Source: Pseudomonas aeruginosa
GTDB lineage: Bacteria; Pseudomonadota; Gammaproteobacteria; Pseudomonadales; Pseudomonadaceae
Length of the DNA stretch: 32,000 nt
Assembly: GCF_001457615.1 (NCBI RefSeq)
Contig: NZ_LN831024.1
Location: 5,100,001 to 5,132,000 of the forward strand
Direction of reading: 5' to 3'
Below are positions 20,373 through 31,372 of this stretch, one piece after another. The stretch's first letter is position 1. Each line of letters begins with the position of its first letter. The notes below the pieces were generated by a model. The model worked only from the letters and a program-made list of their open reading frames with translations, made no database searches and was not told where the DNA came from. Both the position numbers and the translations under genes were made by a program.

Positions 20373-23300
20373 ATGAACAAGAGCTATACGCTGGTCTGGA
20401 ACCAGGCCACAGGCTGTTGGAACGTCGCAAGCGAAGGTACCCGTCGGCGCAGCAAGAGCGGACGCGGCAAGGCGCTCGTAGTCGCCGGAGCGTCACTGCT
20501 CGGCCTGTTCTGCCAGGCCCCCGCCTTCGCCCTGCCCAGCGGCGCCACGGTCGTTTCAGGCGATGCCGGATTCCAGACATCCACCGATGGCCGGCATATG
20601 GTCATCGACCAGCAGAGCCACAAGCTGATCACCAATTGGAACGAGTTCAGCGTCCGTGCCGATGAGCGGGTCAGCTTCCACCAGCCGGGCCAGGACGCCG
20701 TCGCCCTGAACCGGGTGATCGGCCGCAACGGCAGCGATATCCAGGGGCGGATAGATGCCAACGGCAAGGTCTTCCTGGTCAATCCCAACGGCGTGGTCTT
20801 CGGCAAGTCCGCCCAGGTCAATGTAGGCGGCCTGGTGGCTTCCACCCTGGACCTGGCCGACAGGGACTTCCTCGCCGGCAACTACCAGTTCTCCGGCGAC
20901 TCCGGCGCAACCGTAAGCAATGCCGGCAGCCTGCAAGCCAGCGAAGGCGGCAGCATCGCCCTGCTGGGCGCCCGGGTCAGCAACGACGGCGTGATCCAGG
21001 CGCAACTCGGCGACGTGGCCCTGGGCGCAGGCCAGGGCATCAACCTCAATTTCGACGGCGACGGCCTGCTCAACCTGCAGGTGGACAAGGGCTCGGTCGA
21101 CGCTCTCGCACACAACGGCGGCCTCATCCGCGCCGATGGCGGCCAGGTGCTGATGAGCGCCCGCAGCGCCGACAGCCTGCTCAAGACCGTCGTCAACAAC
21201 CAGGGCACTCTCGAGGCCAGGACGCTACGCAGCGCGGAAGGACGCATCGTCCTCGACGGCGGCGAACAGGGTACCGTGCGGGTGGCCGGCAAGCAGGACG
21301 CCAGCGCCATCGGCGGAGGCAATGGCGGCCTGGTGCTGAACCAGGGCGCGAACGTCGAGATACAGCGAACCGCGCAGGTGGACACCCATGCCGACCAGGG
21401 CGCAACCGGCACCTGGAGGATTCTCTCGCACGAGGTCAGCGTAGCCGCTGTCGGCCAGGCAAACGCTGCCGGTGATGGTTCCGGCCAGGTCCATGTAGCG
21501 CAGGGCCCAGCCGGGGCCAATGCGTCCGATAGCAACGGCGTGACCATCGTTCAGCAGCAGCCGGCCGTCGACCTCGCCGCCGGCGCCAACGGTACCTCCG
21601 CAGTGCAGAGCCAGAGCGGCGCCAACATCGGCTCGGGCGCCAGTGGCATCAGCGTCGTGCAAAGCCAGAATGGCGCCAATATCGGCGCCGGCGCGAGTGG
21701 CATCAGCGTCGTGCAGAGCCAGAACAGCCCCAATATCGGCTCGGGCGCCAATGGCATCAGCGTCGTGCAAAGCCAGAATGGCGCCAATATCGGCGCCGGC
21801 GCGAGTGGCATCAGCGTCGTGCAGAGCCAGAACAGCCCCAATATCGGCTCGGGCGTCAATGGCGTGACTGTCGTGCAGAGCCAGAACGGTGCCAATATCG
21901 GTTCGGGCGCAAGTGGCATCAGCGTTGTGCAAAGCCAGAATGGCGCAAATATCGGTTCAGGCGCGAGTGGCATCAGCGTCGTGCAGAGCCAGAGCGGCCC
22001 CAGCATCGGCTCGGGCGTCAATGGCGTCACAATCGTGCAGAGCCAGAGCGGTGCCAACATCGGCCCCGGCGTCAACGGAATCGATGTCGTCCAGACCCAG
22101 ACTCTCCCCAACCTGAGCCCAGGCGCCAATGGCTCCAGCATCGTCCAGGTCCAGACGCTACCCGATATCGCCGCCGACGCCGGCAATGTGCATGTCGTCC
22201 AGGTCCAGACCGGCGGTAACAAGGTCTTCGGCAATTCCGCCACCAACGTCAGGTCACGTACCGTTCAGGCCCGGAGCAGCGAGAATGTCGGTTCCGGCCT
22301 GGCGAATCCAAGCAGCGCGGGAAAAGGCCCGACGCTGCATGCCGATACCCTGGCCCGCAACCTTTCCACAAGCAACGTCGAAGTGGTCGCCACCCGGGGC
22401 AACGCGCATGTCGGCGCGCCGCTGTCCTGGGACAGCGGCAACGGCCTGACGCTAACCGCCGAGCGCGGGGACCTCAGGATCAATGGCGCGCTGACGGCCC
22501 AGGGGGAAAACGCCAGCCTTACTCTCAATGCCGGGCAGCGCCCTCTCCGTATCGACGACAGCCTCTCTCTCACTGGCCAGGGAGCCCGGGTCGAATTCAA
22601 TTCGGACAAGGGTTATGCCCTGGCCGAAGGCGCCCGGATCACTCTGTCCGGCAAGAACGCAGGATTCCACGCCAATGGGCGGGACTACAGCGTGATCCAG
22701 GACCTGCAGCAGTTGCGCGGCATCGATAGGGACCTGGGCGGCAGCTATGTCCTCGGCAATCGAATCGCAGGCGGCAACTCCAGCTTCCTGTCGATAGGCA
22801 ACGCCAGCGCCTTCGGCGGTACCTTCGACGGCCTGGGCAACACCATCGATAATCTCGCCGTCTACGGCACCGGCGCCTACTCCGGCCTGTTCAGCGTCAA
22901 CCGGGGCACCCTTCGCAACCTGAACCTGGAACGCATTTCCGCCGATGGAGCACGGGCCACCCACTACAACGTCCAGGTCGGTAGCCTGGCCGCCGTCAAC
23001 CTCGGTCGCATCGACAATGTGAACGCCAGCGACATCCGTATCGCCGCGGCCTCGCAGCTGAACAGCCTCGGCGGGCTGGTCGCGCTGAACCTGGGCAGCA
23101 TCGACAACGCCAGCGCCAGCGGCACGCTGGTCGGCAACCGCCAAACCTATGCTCTGGGCGGACTCGCAGCCGAAAACATCAGCACAGCCAGGGGCGTGGC
23201 CAGCATCTCCAACAGCCGGGCCGATTTTGCCATCTCCGGCCAGTTGAAGCACCATGCCAGCCACTACGGCGCGGGGGGCCTGGTAGGCAGGAACCGCGGC

Positions 23301-24680
23301 GGCCTCATCCGCAGCAGCGGCAGTCAGGGAACGCTGTCGCTGAGCGGTCACGGGATGAACCTGGGAGGACTGGTCGGATACAGCTCCGCCGGCGGACTGG
23401 CGGACGTATCCGCCTCCGTCGACGTCTCAGGCAACGGACAGCACGGCCTGTACGGAGGGCTCATCGGCCTCAACGTAAACAGTGGTATCGCCCACGCCAC
23501 GGCCAGCGGCAAGGTCCGGGGCACAGACGCGGAAGCACTGGGCGGGCTGATCGGCCGGAACCTGAACGCGGCCATCAACAACGCCAGCGCCCATGGCGAT
23601 GTCAGCCTGCAAGCCGGTCGCTACCTGGGAGGCCTGATCGGCCACAACCAGGCAGGCAACCTGGCCAACGTCAGTGCCAGCGGCAACCTGAGTGGTGGGT
23701 CGCTGCTTCAGGCCGGCGGCCTGATCGGTCTCAACGCCAATGCCTCGCTGGTCAATGCCTCCGCCAAGGGCAATGTCGCTACCCGCGGAGCAGAAGCGGT
23801 TGGCGGTCTGCTCGGCGAAAACCTGTACGGCTCCGTCATCAACGGTTCCGCCAGTGGCGAAGTCACCGACGGCAGCGGCAAAACCCTGGGTGGCCTGATA
23901 GGATCCAACCTCGGCGGCAATCATTCCAACCTGAAGGCCTCCGGGTGGGTAAACGCAGGGGCGAACAGTGACGTGGGAGGGCTGATCGGCCACAACCGGG
24001 GCGGCAACCACAGCACCCTGGCGGCATCCGGCAATGTCACCGGGGGCAAGGGCAGTCGCGTCGGCGGACTCGTCGGCTATAACGATGCCGCCTCGCTGAC
24101 GAACGTCTCGGCTTCGGGCAACGTCAGCGCCAGTGGTTCCAGGGCCATCGGCGGGTTGATCGGCAGTGACCTGCGAGGTTCGCTGATGCTCGCCAGCAGT
24201 CATGGAATCGTGAACGACAAGACCGGCCACAACCTGGGAGGGTTGGTCGGCCGCGGTGAAAACACCTCGATCCGCTCCGCCAAGGCCAGCGGTGCGGTGA
24301 GCGGAGGCGCCGGGATCAGGGCCGGCGGACTGGTCGGCTCCCTGGAGGGCTGGCAGGCTCTCATCCTGGGGGGCTCGGCCGGCGGCGATGTGACGGCGGG
24401 CTACGACAGCTATATTGGCGGGCTGGTGGGCTTCAGCACCGCCACCATCAGCGGCGCTTCCGCTTCCGGCAAGGTCGGAGGCTCGGGTCTGCTGGGCGGC
24501 CTGGTCGCCTGGAACCAGGGGAATGTCATGGGTTCTTCGGCCAGCGGCAGGCTGGAGCCACAAATCCCCAACCAGATCCATGGCGGACTGATCGGCATCA
24601 ATTTTGGCTGGCAGTCCTGGAACTCGGTATACGAGGCTGCGGCGACCGTTCCAATGATAGGTCGCCACTACAACCTGTGA
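20373..24680 (+). CDS. lepA: Two-partner secretion exoprotein (TpsA family, filamentous-haemagglutinin N-terminal domain), LepA
   Basis: Extended signal peptide MNKSYTLVWNQATGCWNVASEGTRRRSK...FALPSGATVVSGDAGF, TPS domain LITNWNEFSVRADERVSFHQPGQDAVALNRVIGRNGSDIQGRIDANGKVFLVNPNGVVFGKSAQVNVGGLVASTLDL, then an 18-aa tandem repeat and C-terminal GLUG-like repeats. Symbol refers to the large extracellular protease locus of P. aeruginosa, not the LepA GTPase. Confidence 0.85.
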   Translation: MNKSYTLVWNQATGCWNVASEGTRRRSKSGRGKALVVAGASLLGLFCQAPAFALPSGATVVSGDAGFQTSTDGRHMVIDQQSHKLITNWNEFSVRADERVSFHQPGQDAVALNRVIGRNGSDIQGRIDANGKVFLVNPNGVVFGKSAQVNVGGLVASTLDLADRDFLAGNYQFSGDSGATVSNAGSLQASEGGSIALLGARVSNDGVIQAQLGDVALGAGQGINLNFDGDGLLNLQVDKGSVDALAHNGGLIRADGGQVLMSARSADSLLKTVVNNQGTLEARTLRSAEGRIVLDGGEQGTVRVAGKQDASAIGGGNGGLVLNQGANVEIQRTAQVDTHADQGATGTWRILSHEVSVAAVGQANAAGDGSGQVHVAQGPAGANASDSNGVTIVQQQPAVDLAAGANGTSAVQSQSGANIGSGASGISVVQSQNGANIGAGASGISVVQSQNSPNIGSGANGISVVQSQNGANIGAGASGISVVQSQNSPNIGSGVNGVTVVQSQNGANIGSGASGISVVQSQNGANIGSGASGISVVQSQSGPSIGSGVNGVTIVQSQSGANIGPGVNGIDVVQTQTLPNLSPGANGSSIVQVQTLPDIAADAGNVHVVQVQTGGNKVFGNSATNVRSRTVQARSSENVGSGLANPSSAGKGPTLHADTLARNLSTSNVEVVATRGNAHVGAPLSWDSGNGLTLTAERGDLRINGALTAQGENASLTLNAGQRPLRIDDSLSLTGQGARVEFNSDKGYALAEGARITLSGKNAGFHANGRDYSVIQDLQQLRGIDRDLGGSYVLGNRIAGGNSSFLSIGNASAFGGTFDGLGNTIDNLAVYGTGAYSGLFSVNRGTLRNLNLERISADGARATHYNVQVGSLAAVNLGRIDNVNASDIRIAAASQLNSLGGLVALNLGSIDNASASGTLVGNRQTYALGGLAAENISTARGVASISNSRADFAISGQLKHHASHYGAGGLVGRNRGGLIRSSGSQGTLSLSGHGMNLGGLVGYSSAGGLADVSASVDVSGNGQHGLYGGLIGLNVNSGIAHATASGKVRGTDAEALGGLIGRNLNAAINNASAHGDVSLQAGRYLGGLIGHNQAGNLANVSASGNLSGGSLLQAGGLIGLNANASLVNASAKGNVATRGAEAVGGLLGENLYGSVINGSASGEVTDGSGKTLGGLIGSNLGGNHSNLKASGWVNAGANSDVGGLIGHNRGGNHSTLAASGNVTGGKGSRVGGLVGYNDAASLTNVSASGNVSASGSRAIGGLIGSDLRGSLMLASSHGIVNDKTGHNLGGLVGRGENTSIRSAKASGAVSGGAGIRAGGLVGSLEGWQALILGGSAGGDVTAGYDSYIGGLVGFSTATISGASASGKVGGSGLLGGLVAWNQGNVMGSSASGRLEPQIPNQIHGGLIGINFGWQSWNSVYEAAATVPMIGRHYNL
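21600..22193 (+). repeat. In-frame 54-bp (18-aa) tandem repeat array inside lepA, about 11 units, last ones degenerate
   Basis: Consensus VVQSQNGANIGSGASGIS; units begin at 21600, 21654, 21708, 21762, 21816, 21870, 21924, 21978, 22032, 22086 and 22140. Confidence 0.93.
22816..24560 (+). repeat. C-terminal degenerate GLUG-like glycine-rich repeats in lepA
   Basis: Recurring GGLVGxNxGxIxNxSASGxVxG-type motifs, e.g. GGLIGLNVNSGIAHATASGKVRG, GGLIGRNLNAAINNASAHGDVS, GGLIGHNQAGNLANVSASGNLSG, GGLVGYNDAASLTNVSASGNVS. Boundaries approximate. Confidence 0.75.
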
Positions 24681-24687
24681 ATCGATT

Positions 24688-24709
24688 CTCCCGGTACCCG
24701 TACCGGGAG
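24688..24709 (+). terminator. Candidate terminator hairpin downstream of lepA
   Basis: CTCCCGGTAC-CC-GTACCGGGAG, 8 bp after the lepA stop; 3' T-tract is weak (GCTTCCTGTT). Confidence 0.55.
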
Positions 24710-24868
24710 GCTTCCTGTTCGATGGAGCGGCCGGGCCTCAGGGCCCGCCGCCTCCAGACGCTCGATGAATGCCATGCGGGAAGGCCAGGCGTCGGAGAAA
24801 CAGGGCTGGAAGAGCGGCCCCTCCTCCTTCCCACAGGCCAGCATTCGGAAAATAAGGGTACAGAAACG

Positions 24869-24898
24869 AAAAAGCCCACCTTCGCAGGTGGGCTTTTT
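24869..24898. terminator. Bidirectional Rho-independent terminator downstream of the tRNA cluster
   Basis: AAAAAGCCCACCTTCGCAGGTGGGCTTTTT. Confidence 0.9.
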
Positions 24899-24909
24899 CG
24901 TCTTGAATA

Positions 24910-24985
24910 TGGTGGGTCGTGTAGGATTCGAACCTACGACCAATTGGTTAAAAGCCAACTGCTCTACCGACTGAGCTAACGACCC
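24910..24985 (-). tRNA. tRNA-Lys (anticodon TTT)
   Basis: Reverse complement GGGTCGTTAGCTCAGTCGGTAGAGCAGTTGGCTTTTAACCAATTGGTCGTAGGTTCGAATCCTACACGACCCACCA. Confidence 0.95.
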
Positions 24986-24995
24986 AAGTATGAGG

Positions 24996-25072
24996 TGGTC
25001 GGGGTAGAGAGATTCGAACTCCCGACATCCTGCTCCCAAAGCAGGCGCGCTACCGGACTGCGCTATACCCCG
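24996..25072 (-). tRNA. tRNA-Pro (anticodon TGG)
   Basis: Reverse complement CGGGGTATAGCGCAGTCCGGTAGCGCGCCTGCTTTGGGAGCAGGATGTCGGGAGTTCGAATCTCTCTACCCCGACCA. Confidence 0.95.
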
Positions 25073-25081
25073 ATTGGAAGT

Positions 25082-25157
25082 TGGCTCCGCGACCTGGACT
25101 CGAACCAGGGACCCAATGATTAACAGTCATTTGCTCTACCGACTGAGCTATCGCGGA
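25082..25157 (-). tRNA. tRNA-Asn (anticodon GTT)
   Basis: Reverse complement TCCGCGATAGCTCAGTCGGTAGAGCAAATGACTGTTAATCATTGGGTCCCTGGTTCGAGTCCAGGTCGCGGAGCCA. Confidence 0.95.
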
Positions 25158-25344
25158 ACGTCTTTCTTCCAACCCTGGACGCTTCCGGTGTTGCTGGATT
25201 CGCGTCTCAGAGGCGCGCCATTTTACGGATGCGCGCGGGCATGTCAACCCTCTGATCCAAAAAGTTTTTCTTCTTTTTCCACGAGCGACAAAACGGCCCT
25301 TCCACTGCATGCGGCAGCGCTCTCGCGCCTACCGGACGCCCATG

Positions 25345-25370
25345 AAAAAGCCCCGCCGAAGCGGGGCTTT
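25345..25370 (-). terminator. Rho-independent terminator downstream of clpB
   Basis: Minus strand AAAGCCCCGCTTCGGCGGGGCTTTTT; same hairpin sequence as the nadC/tRNA-Thr terminator at 5383-5410. Confidence 0.85.
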
Positions 25371-25391
25371 CCCTGTCCGCCCCCGAAGAGG

Positions 25392-27956
<2,565 letters not shown>

Positions 27957-28034
27957 GGGTCGTCCTTCCTTCTATAGAGCGGGCCGGAACGATGGGTGTC
28001 CCTGATGAAGAAAAGCCCGCCGAGATGACTCAGT

Positions 28035-28062
28035 AGATAAGGGCGATTTTCCGCGGTTCAAG
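28035..28062 (-). promoter_or_regulatory. Heat-shock (sigma-32/RpoH) type promoter of clpB
   Basis: Minus strand CTTGAA (28062-28057) - 13 bp - CCCTTATCT (28043-28035), matching CTTGAAA/CCCCATNT style elements, about 80 bp upstream of the clpB ATG. Confidence 0.8.
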
Positions 28063-28111
28063 CGACCGGACCGTGACATCGGTCAGTTGCCGCCGGATAA
28101 CCTGCGCGGGC

Positions 28112-28840
28112 CTAGTCCTGGAGCCAGACCAGGCTGGCAAAACGGCCGGTACGCGACGAGCGGCGGTAGGAATAGAAGCGCGCGGTATCGCTGAAGGTGC
28201 AGAAGCCACCGCCATGCACGGCGGTGACGCCATGGGCGCCCAGGCGGATCCGCGCGAGTCGGTAGATGTCGGCCATGAAGCGGCCCGGATTGGCGCTAGG
28301 TACGAAAGCCGAGCGCGCCTCGGCGTGCGCAGCGACGAATGCATCGCGGACCTCGCCGCCGACCTCGAAGGCCTGCGGGCCGATCGCCGGCCCCAGCCAG
28401 ACCAGCAGTTCGTCGCCGGGCACGCCCAGGCTGTCCACCGTCGCCTCCAGCACGCCCGCCGCCAGCCCGCGCCAGCCGGCATGGGCCGCGGCCACGCGGG
28501 TGCCCGAGCGGTCGCAGAACAACGCCGGCAGGCAGTCGGCGGTCATGATCGTACAGGCAACGCCCGGCATCGCGCTCCAGCTGGCGTCGGCCCTCGGCAC
28601 CCGGCTCGGGTCGGCCTCCACCACCGTCACTCCGTGCACCTGTTCCAACCAGCTCGGCCGGCATTCCAGGCGCTCGGTCAGGCGTCGGCGGTTTTCTTCC
28701 ACGGCGCGCGGATCGTCGTCGACGTGGGCGCCAAGGTTCAGACTGTCGAAGGGTGCCTGGCTGACCCCGCCACTGCGCGTGGTCACGCAGGCCCGCACAC
28801 GGGCCGGCGCCGGCCAGTCGGGGGTCAGCCAGGCGTTCAT
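28112..28840 (-). CDS. Laccase-domain / polyphenol oxidase family protein (YfiH/PgeF family)
   Basis: VRACVTTRSGGVSQAPFDSLNLGAHVDDDP, QVHGVTVVEAD, TADCLPALFCDRSGTRVAAAHAGWRGLAAGVLEATV. Start placed at ATG 28840 overlapping the rluD stop. Confidence 0.9.
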   Translation of the reverse strand: MNAWLTPDWPAPARVRACVTTRSGGVSQAPFDSLNLGAHVDDDPRAVEENRRRLTERLECRPSWLEQVHGVTVVEADPSRVPRADASWSAMPGVACTIMTADCLPALFCDRSGTRVAAAHAGWRGLAAGVLEATVDSLGVPGDELLVWLGPAIGPQAFEVGGEVRDAFVAAHAEARSAFVPSANPGRFMADIYRLARIRLGAHGVTAVHGGGFCTFSDTARFYSYRRSSRTGRFASLVWLQD

Positions 28841-29799
28841 CCGACGAACGCCTCGCGATCCTGGCGCAACAGGCTGAGCAGCCAGAGGAAGTCTTCCGGC
28901 AGCGGCGACTCCCACTTCATGCGCACGCCGGTGGCCGGGTGATCCAGTTCGAGGAAGCGCGCGTGCAGCGCCTGCCGGGGGAACTCACGAAGAGTCTGGA
29001 CCAGGGTCTGGCTGGCCACCGGGGGAATCCTGAAGCGCCCACCGTAGACCGGATCGCCGACCAGGGGATAGCCGATATGGCTCATGTGCACGCGGATCTG
29101 GTGGGTACGCCCGGTCTCCAGCTTGACCCGAGTATGGGTGTGCGCACGGAAGCGTTCCAGCACGCGGTAATGGCTGACCGCCACCTTGCCGGCGTCGACC
29201 ACCGCCATCTTCTGCCGCTGCACGCCATGCCGTCCGATCGGCGCATCGATGGTGCCGCCGGAGGTGATCACGCCGATCACGATCGCCTCGTAGATGCGGC
29301 TGACCGACCGTGCCTGCAGTTGCGCCACCAGCTTGGTGTGGGCCTCCAGCGTCTTGGCCACCACCATCAGGCCGGTCGTGTCCTTGTCCAGGCGGTGGAC
29401 GATCCCGGCGCGCGGCACATTGGCGATGTCCGGGACATGGTAGAGCAAGGCATTCAGCAGGGTGCCGTCCTGATGGCCGGCAGCCGGATGGACCACCAGG
29501 CCGGCGGGCTTGTCGATCACCAGGATGTGCTCGTCCTCGTAGACGATTTCCAGCTCGATGTCCTGTGCGAGCCACTCGCCCTGGGCTTCCTGCTCGGCCT
29601 CCAGGACCAGTTGCGCGCCGCTGTGGACGATGTCGCGCGGGCGCAGCACGGCGCCGTCGACGGTCAGGCGACCGTCCTTGATCCAGCCGGCCAGACGGGA
29701 GCGGGAGTGTTCGGGAAAAAGCTGGGCGGCGATCTGGTCGAGACGCTGGCCACCCAGCTCGAACGGCACCTCGGCCGCGCGTTGAATCATATCGGACAT
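28837..29799 (-). CDS. rluD: 23S rRNA pseudouridine synthase RluD
   Basis: S4 domain plus LVVHPAAGHQDGTLLNALLYH, GIVHRLDKDTTGLMVVAKT, LETGRTHQIRVHMSHIGYPLVGDPVYGG. Confidence 0.95.
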   Translation of the reverse strand: MSDMIQRAAEVPFELGGQRLDQIAAQLFPEHSRSRLAGWIKDGRLTVDGAVLRPRDIVHSGAQLVLEAEQEAQGEWLAQDIELEIVYEDEHILVIDKPAGLVVHPAAGHQDGTLLNALLYHVPDIANVPRAGIVHRLDKDTTGLMVVAKTLEAHTKLVAQLQARSVSRIYEAIVIGVITSGGTIDAPIGRHGVQRQKMAVVDAGKVAVSHYRVLERFRAHTHTRVKLETGRTHQIRVHMSHIGYPLVGDPVYGGRFRIPPVASQTLVQTLREFPRQALHARFLELDHPATGVRMKWESPLPEDFLWLLSLLRQDREAFVG

Positions 29800-29944
29800 G
29801 AGTAGGAGACGATGCTCAGCGCGGCTTTTGGAATCGGCTACGCGCTGTGGTTAAATACGGGGTCTTTGTCCCAGGGGGTGCCTGGGGCGCCAATCATAAC
29901 AGACGGTTGAGGCCAAGCCGACCGTCCCAGGGACGCAAGCCGCC

Positions 29945-30970
29945 ATGCAAGTGAAACACCTGCTGCTGATCGCCATCCTCGCCCTCACCGCAGCCTGCTC
30001 CTCGAACAAGGAGACTGTCGACGAGAACCTGAGCGAGAGCCAGCTGTACCAGCAGGCGCAGGACGACCTCAACAACAAGAGCTACAACAGCGCCGTCACC
30101 AAGCTGAAAGCCCTCGAGTCGCGCTATCCCTTCGGCCGCTACGCCGAGCAGGCCCAGCTCGAGCTGATCTACGCCAACTACAAGAACATGGAGCCCGAAG
30201 CCGCCCGCGCCGCCGCCGAACGCTTCATCCGCCTGCATCCGCAGCACCCCAACGTCGACTACGCCTACTACCTCAAGGGCCTGTCCTCCTTCGACCAGGA
30301 CCGCGGCCTGCTGGCGCGCTTCCTGCCGCTGGACATGACCAAGCGCGACCCGGGCGCCGCCCGCGACTCCTTCAACGAGTTCGCCCAGCTCACCAGCCGC
30401 TTCCCCAACAGCCGCTACGCCCCGGACGCCAAGGCGCGCATGGTGTACCTGCGCAACCTGCTGGCGGCCTACGAAGTGCACGTCGGCCACTACTACCTGA
30501 AGCGCCAGGCCTATGTCGCCGCCGCCAACCGCGGTCGCTACGTGGTGGAGAACTTCCAGGAAACCCCGGCAGTCGGCGATGGCCTGGCGATCATGGTCGA
30601 AGCCTACCGTCGCCTGGGTCTCGACGACCTGGCCAGCACCAGCCTGGAAACCCTCAAGCTGAACTATCCGGATAACGCCAGCCTCAAGGATGGCGAGTTC
30701 GTCGCCCGCGAAAGCGAGGCCGACACCCGCTCCTGGCTGGCCAAGGCCACCCTGGGCCTGATCGAGGGCGGCGAGCCGCCGCCGCACATGGAAACCCAGG
30801 CCGCCAAGGACGTGATCAAGCAGTACGAGGATGCCGAGCGGGAGATCCCCGCCGAACTGAAGCCGGAAAACCAGGATCACAGCGCCGACGACGAGAAGCC
30901 GGAGAGCGATGACGACGAAGACTCCGGCCGCTCCTGGTGGAGCTACATGACCTTCGGTCTCTTCGACTGA
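29945..30970 (+). CDS. bamD: Outer-membrane assembly lipoprotein BamD (ComL)
   Basis: [80 protein letters not shown]; lipobox LTAAC and TPR repeats. Confidence 0.96.
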
Positions 30971-31126
30971 TCGCACGAAACACCGAAGGGAGGCGCAGGC
31001 CTCCCTTCTTTTTGCCCGCCGCCATGCCTCTCCCAGCGCCAAACGCCGCACAGCCTGGACCTTCCCGGCTGGGATCGAGCCGGCGGCTTGGCTAAACTGC
31101 AGCTTTCTCCAGCCTCCGAGATCACC

Positions 31127-31372
31127 ATGGGCCTTTTCCGCCTCCTGTTCTGGATCGCCCTGATCGCCATCGCGTTCTGGCTCTGGCGTCGCTTTACCCG
31201 TCCCACTCCGCGCCAGCAGCAACGTCCGCAGGACGAGCCGAGCGCATCGCCGATGGTCCGCTGCGCCCATTGCGGCGTCCACGTGCCGCAGGCCAACGCC
31301 CTCGCCCACGAACAACGCTGGTATTGCAGCCAGGCGCACCTGCGCCAGGACCAGGGCGACCGTGCGCGCTGA
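31127..31372 (+). CDS. Small membrane-anchored zinc-finger-like protein (PP0621 family, 81 aa)
   Basis: MGLFRLLFWIALIAIAFWLWRRFTRP...MVRCAHCGVHVPQANALAHEQRWYCSQAHLRQ; N-terminal TM and CxxC...C..H. Start at ATG 31127 preferred over 31088. Confidence 0.8.
   Translation: MGLFRLLFWIALIAIAFWLWRRFTRPTPRQQQRPQDEPSASPMVRCAHCGVHVPQANALAHEQRWYCSQAHLRQDQGDRAR

Noticed and set aside
21600-22193. Possible CRISPR array
   Set aside because: Direct 54-bp units are contiguous with no unique spacers and stay in one reading frame, so this is a protein-coding tandem repeat.
21551-22246. 231-aa minus-strand repeat ORF (and 21225-21932, 235 aa) with PILAPFWLCTTLMPLAPE-type repeats
   Set aside because: Repetitiveness is the complement of the 54-bp lepA repeat array; no independent start context or domain. 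The sense frame belongs to a complete TPS protein.
24765-24974. Short ORF with a C terminus reading GRVGFEPTTNWLKANCSTD
   Set aside because: This string is the familiar spurious translation of antisense tRNA sequence (here tRNA-Lys), not a protein.
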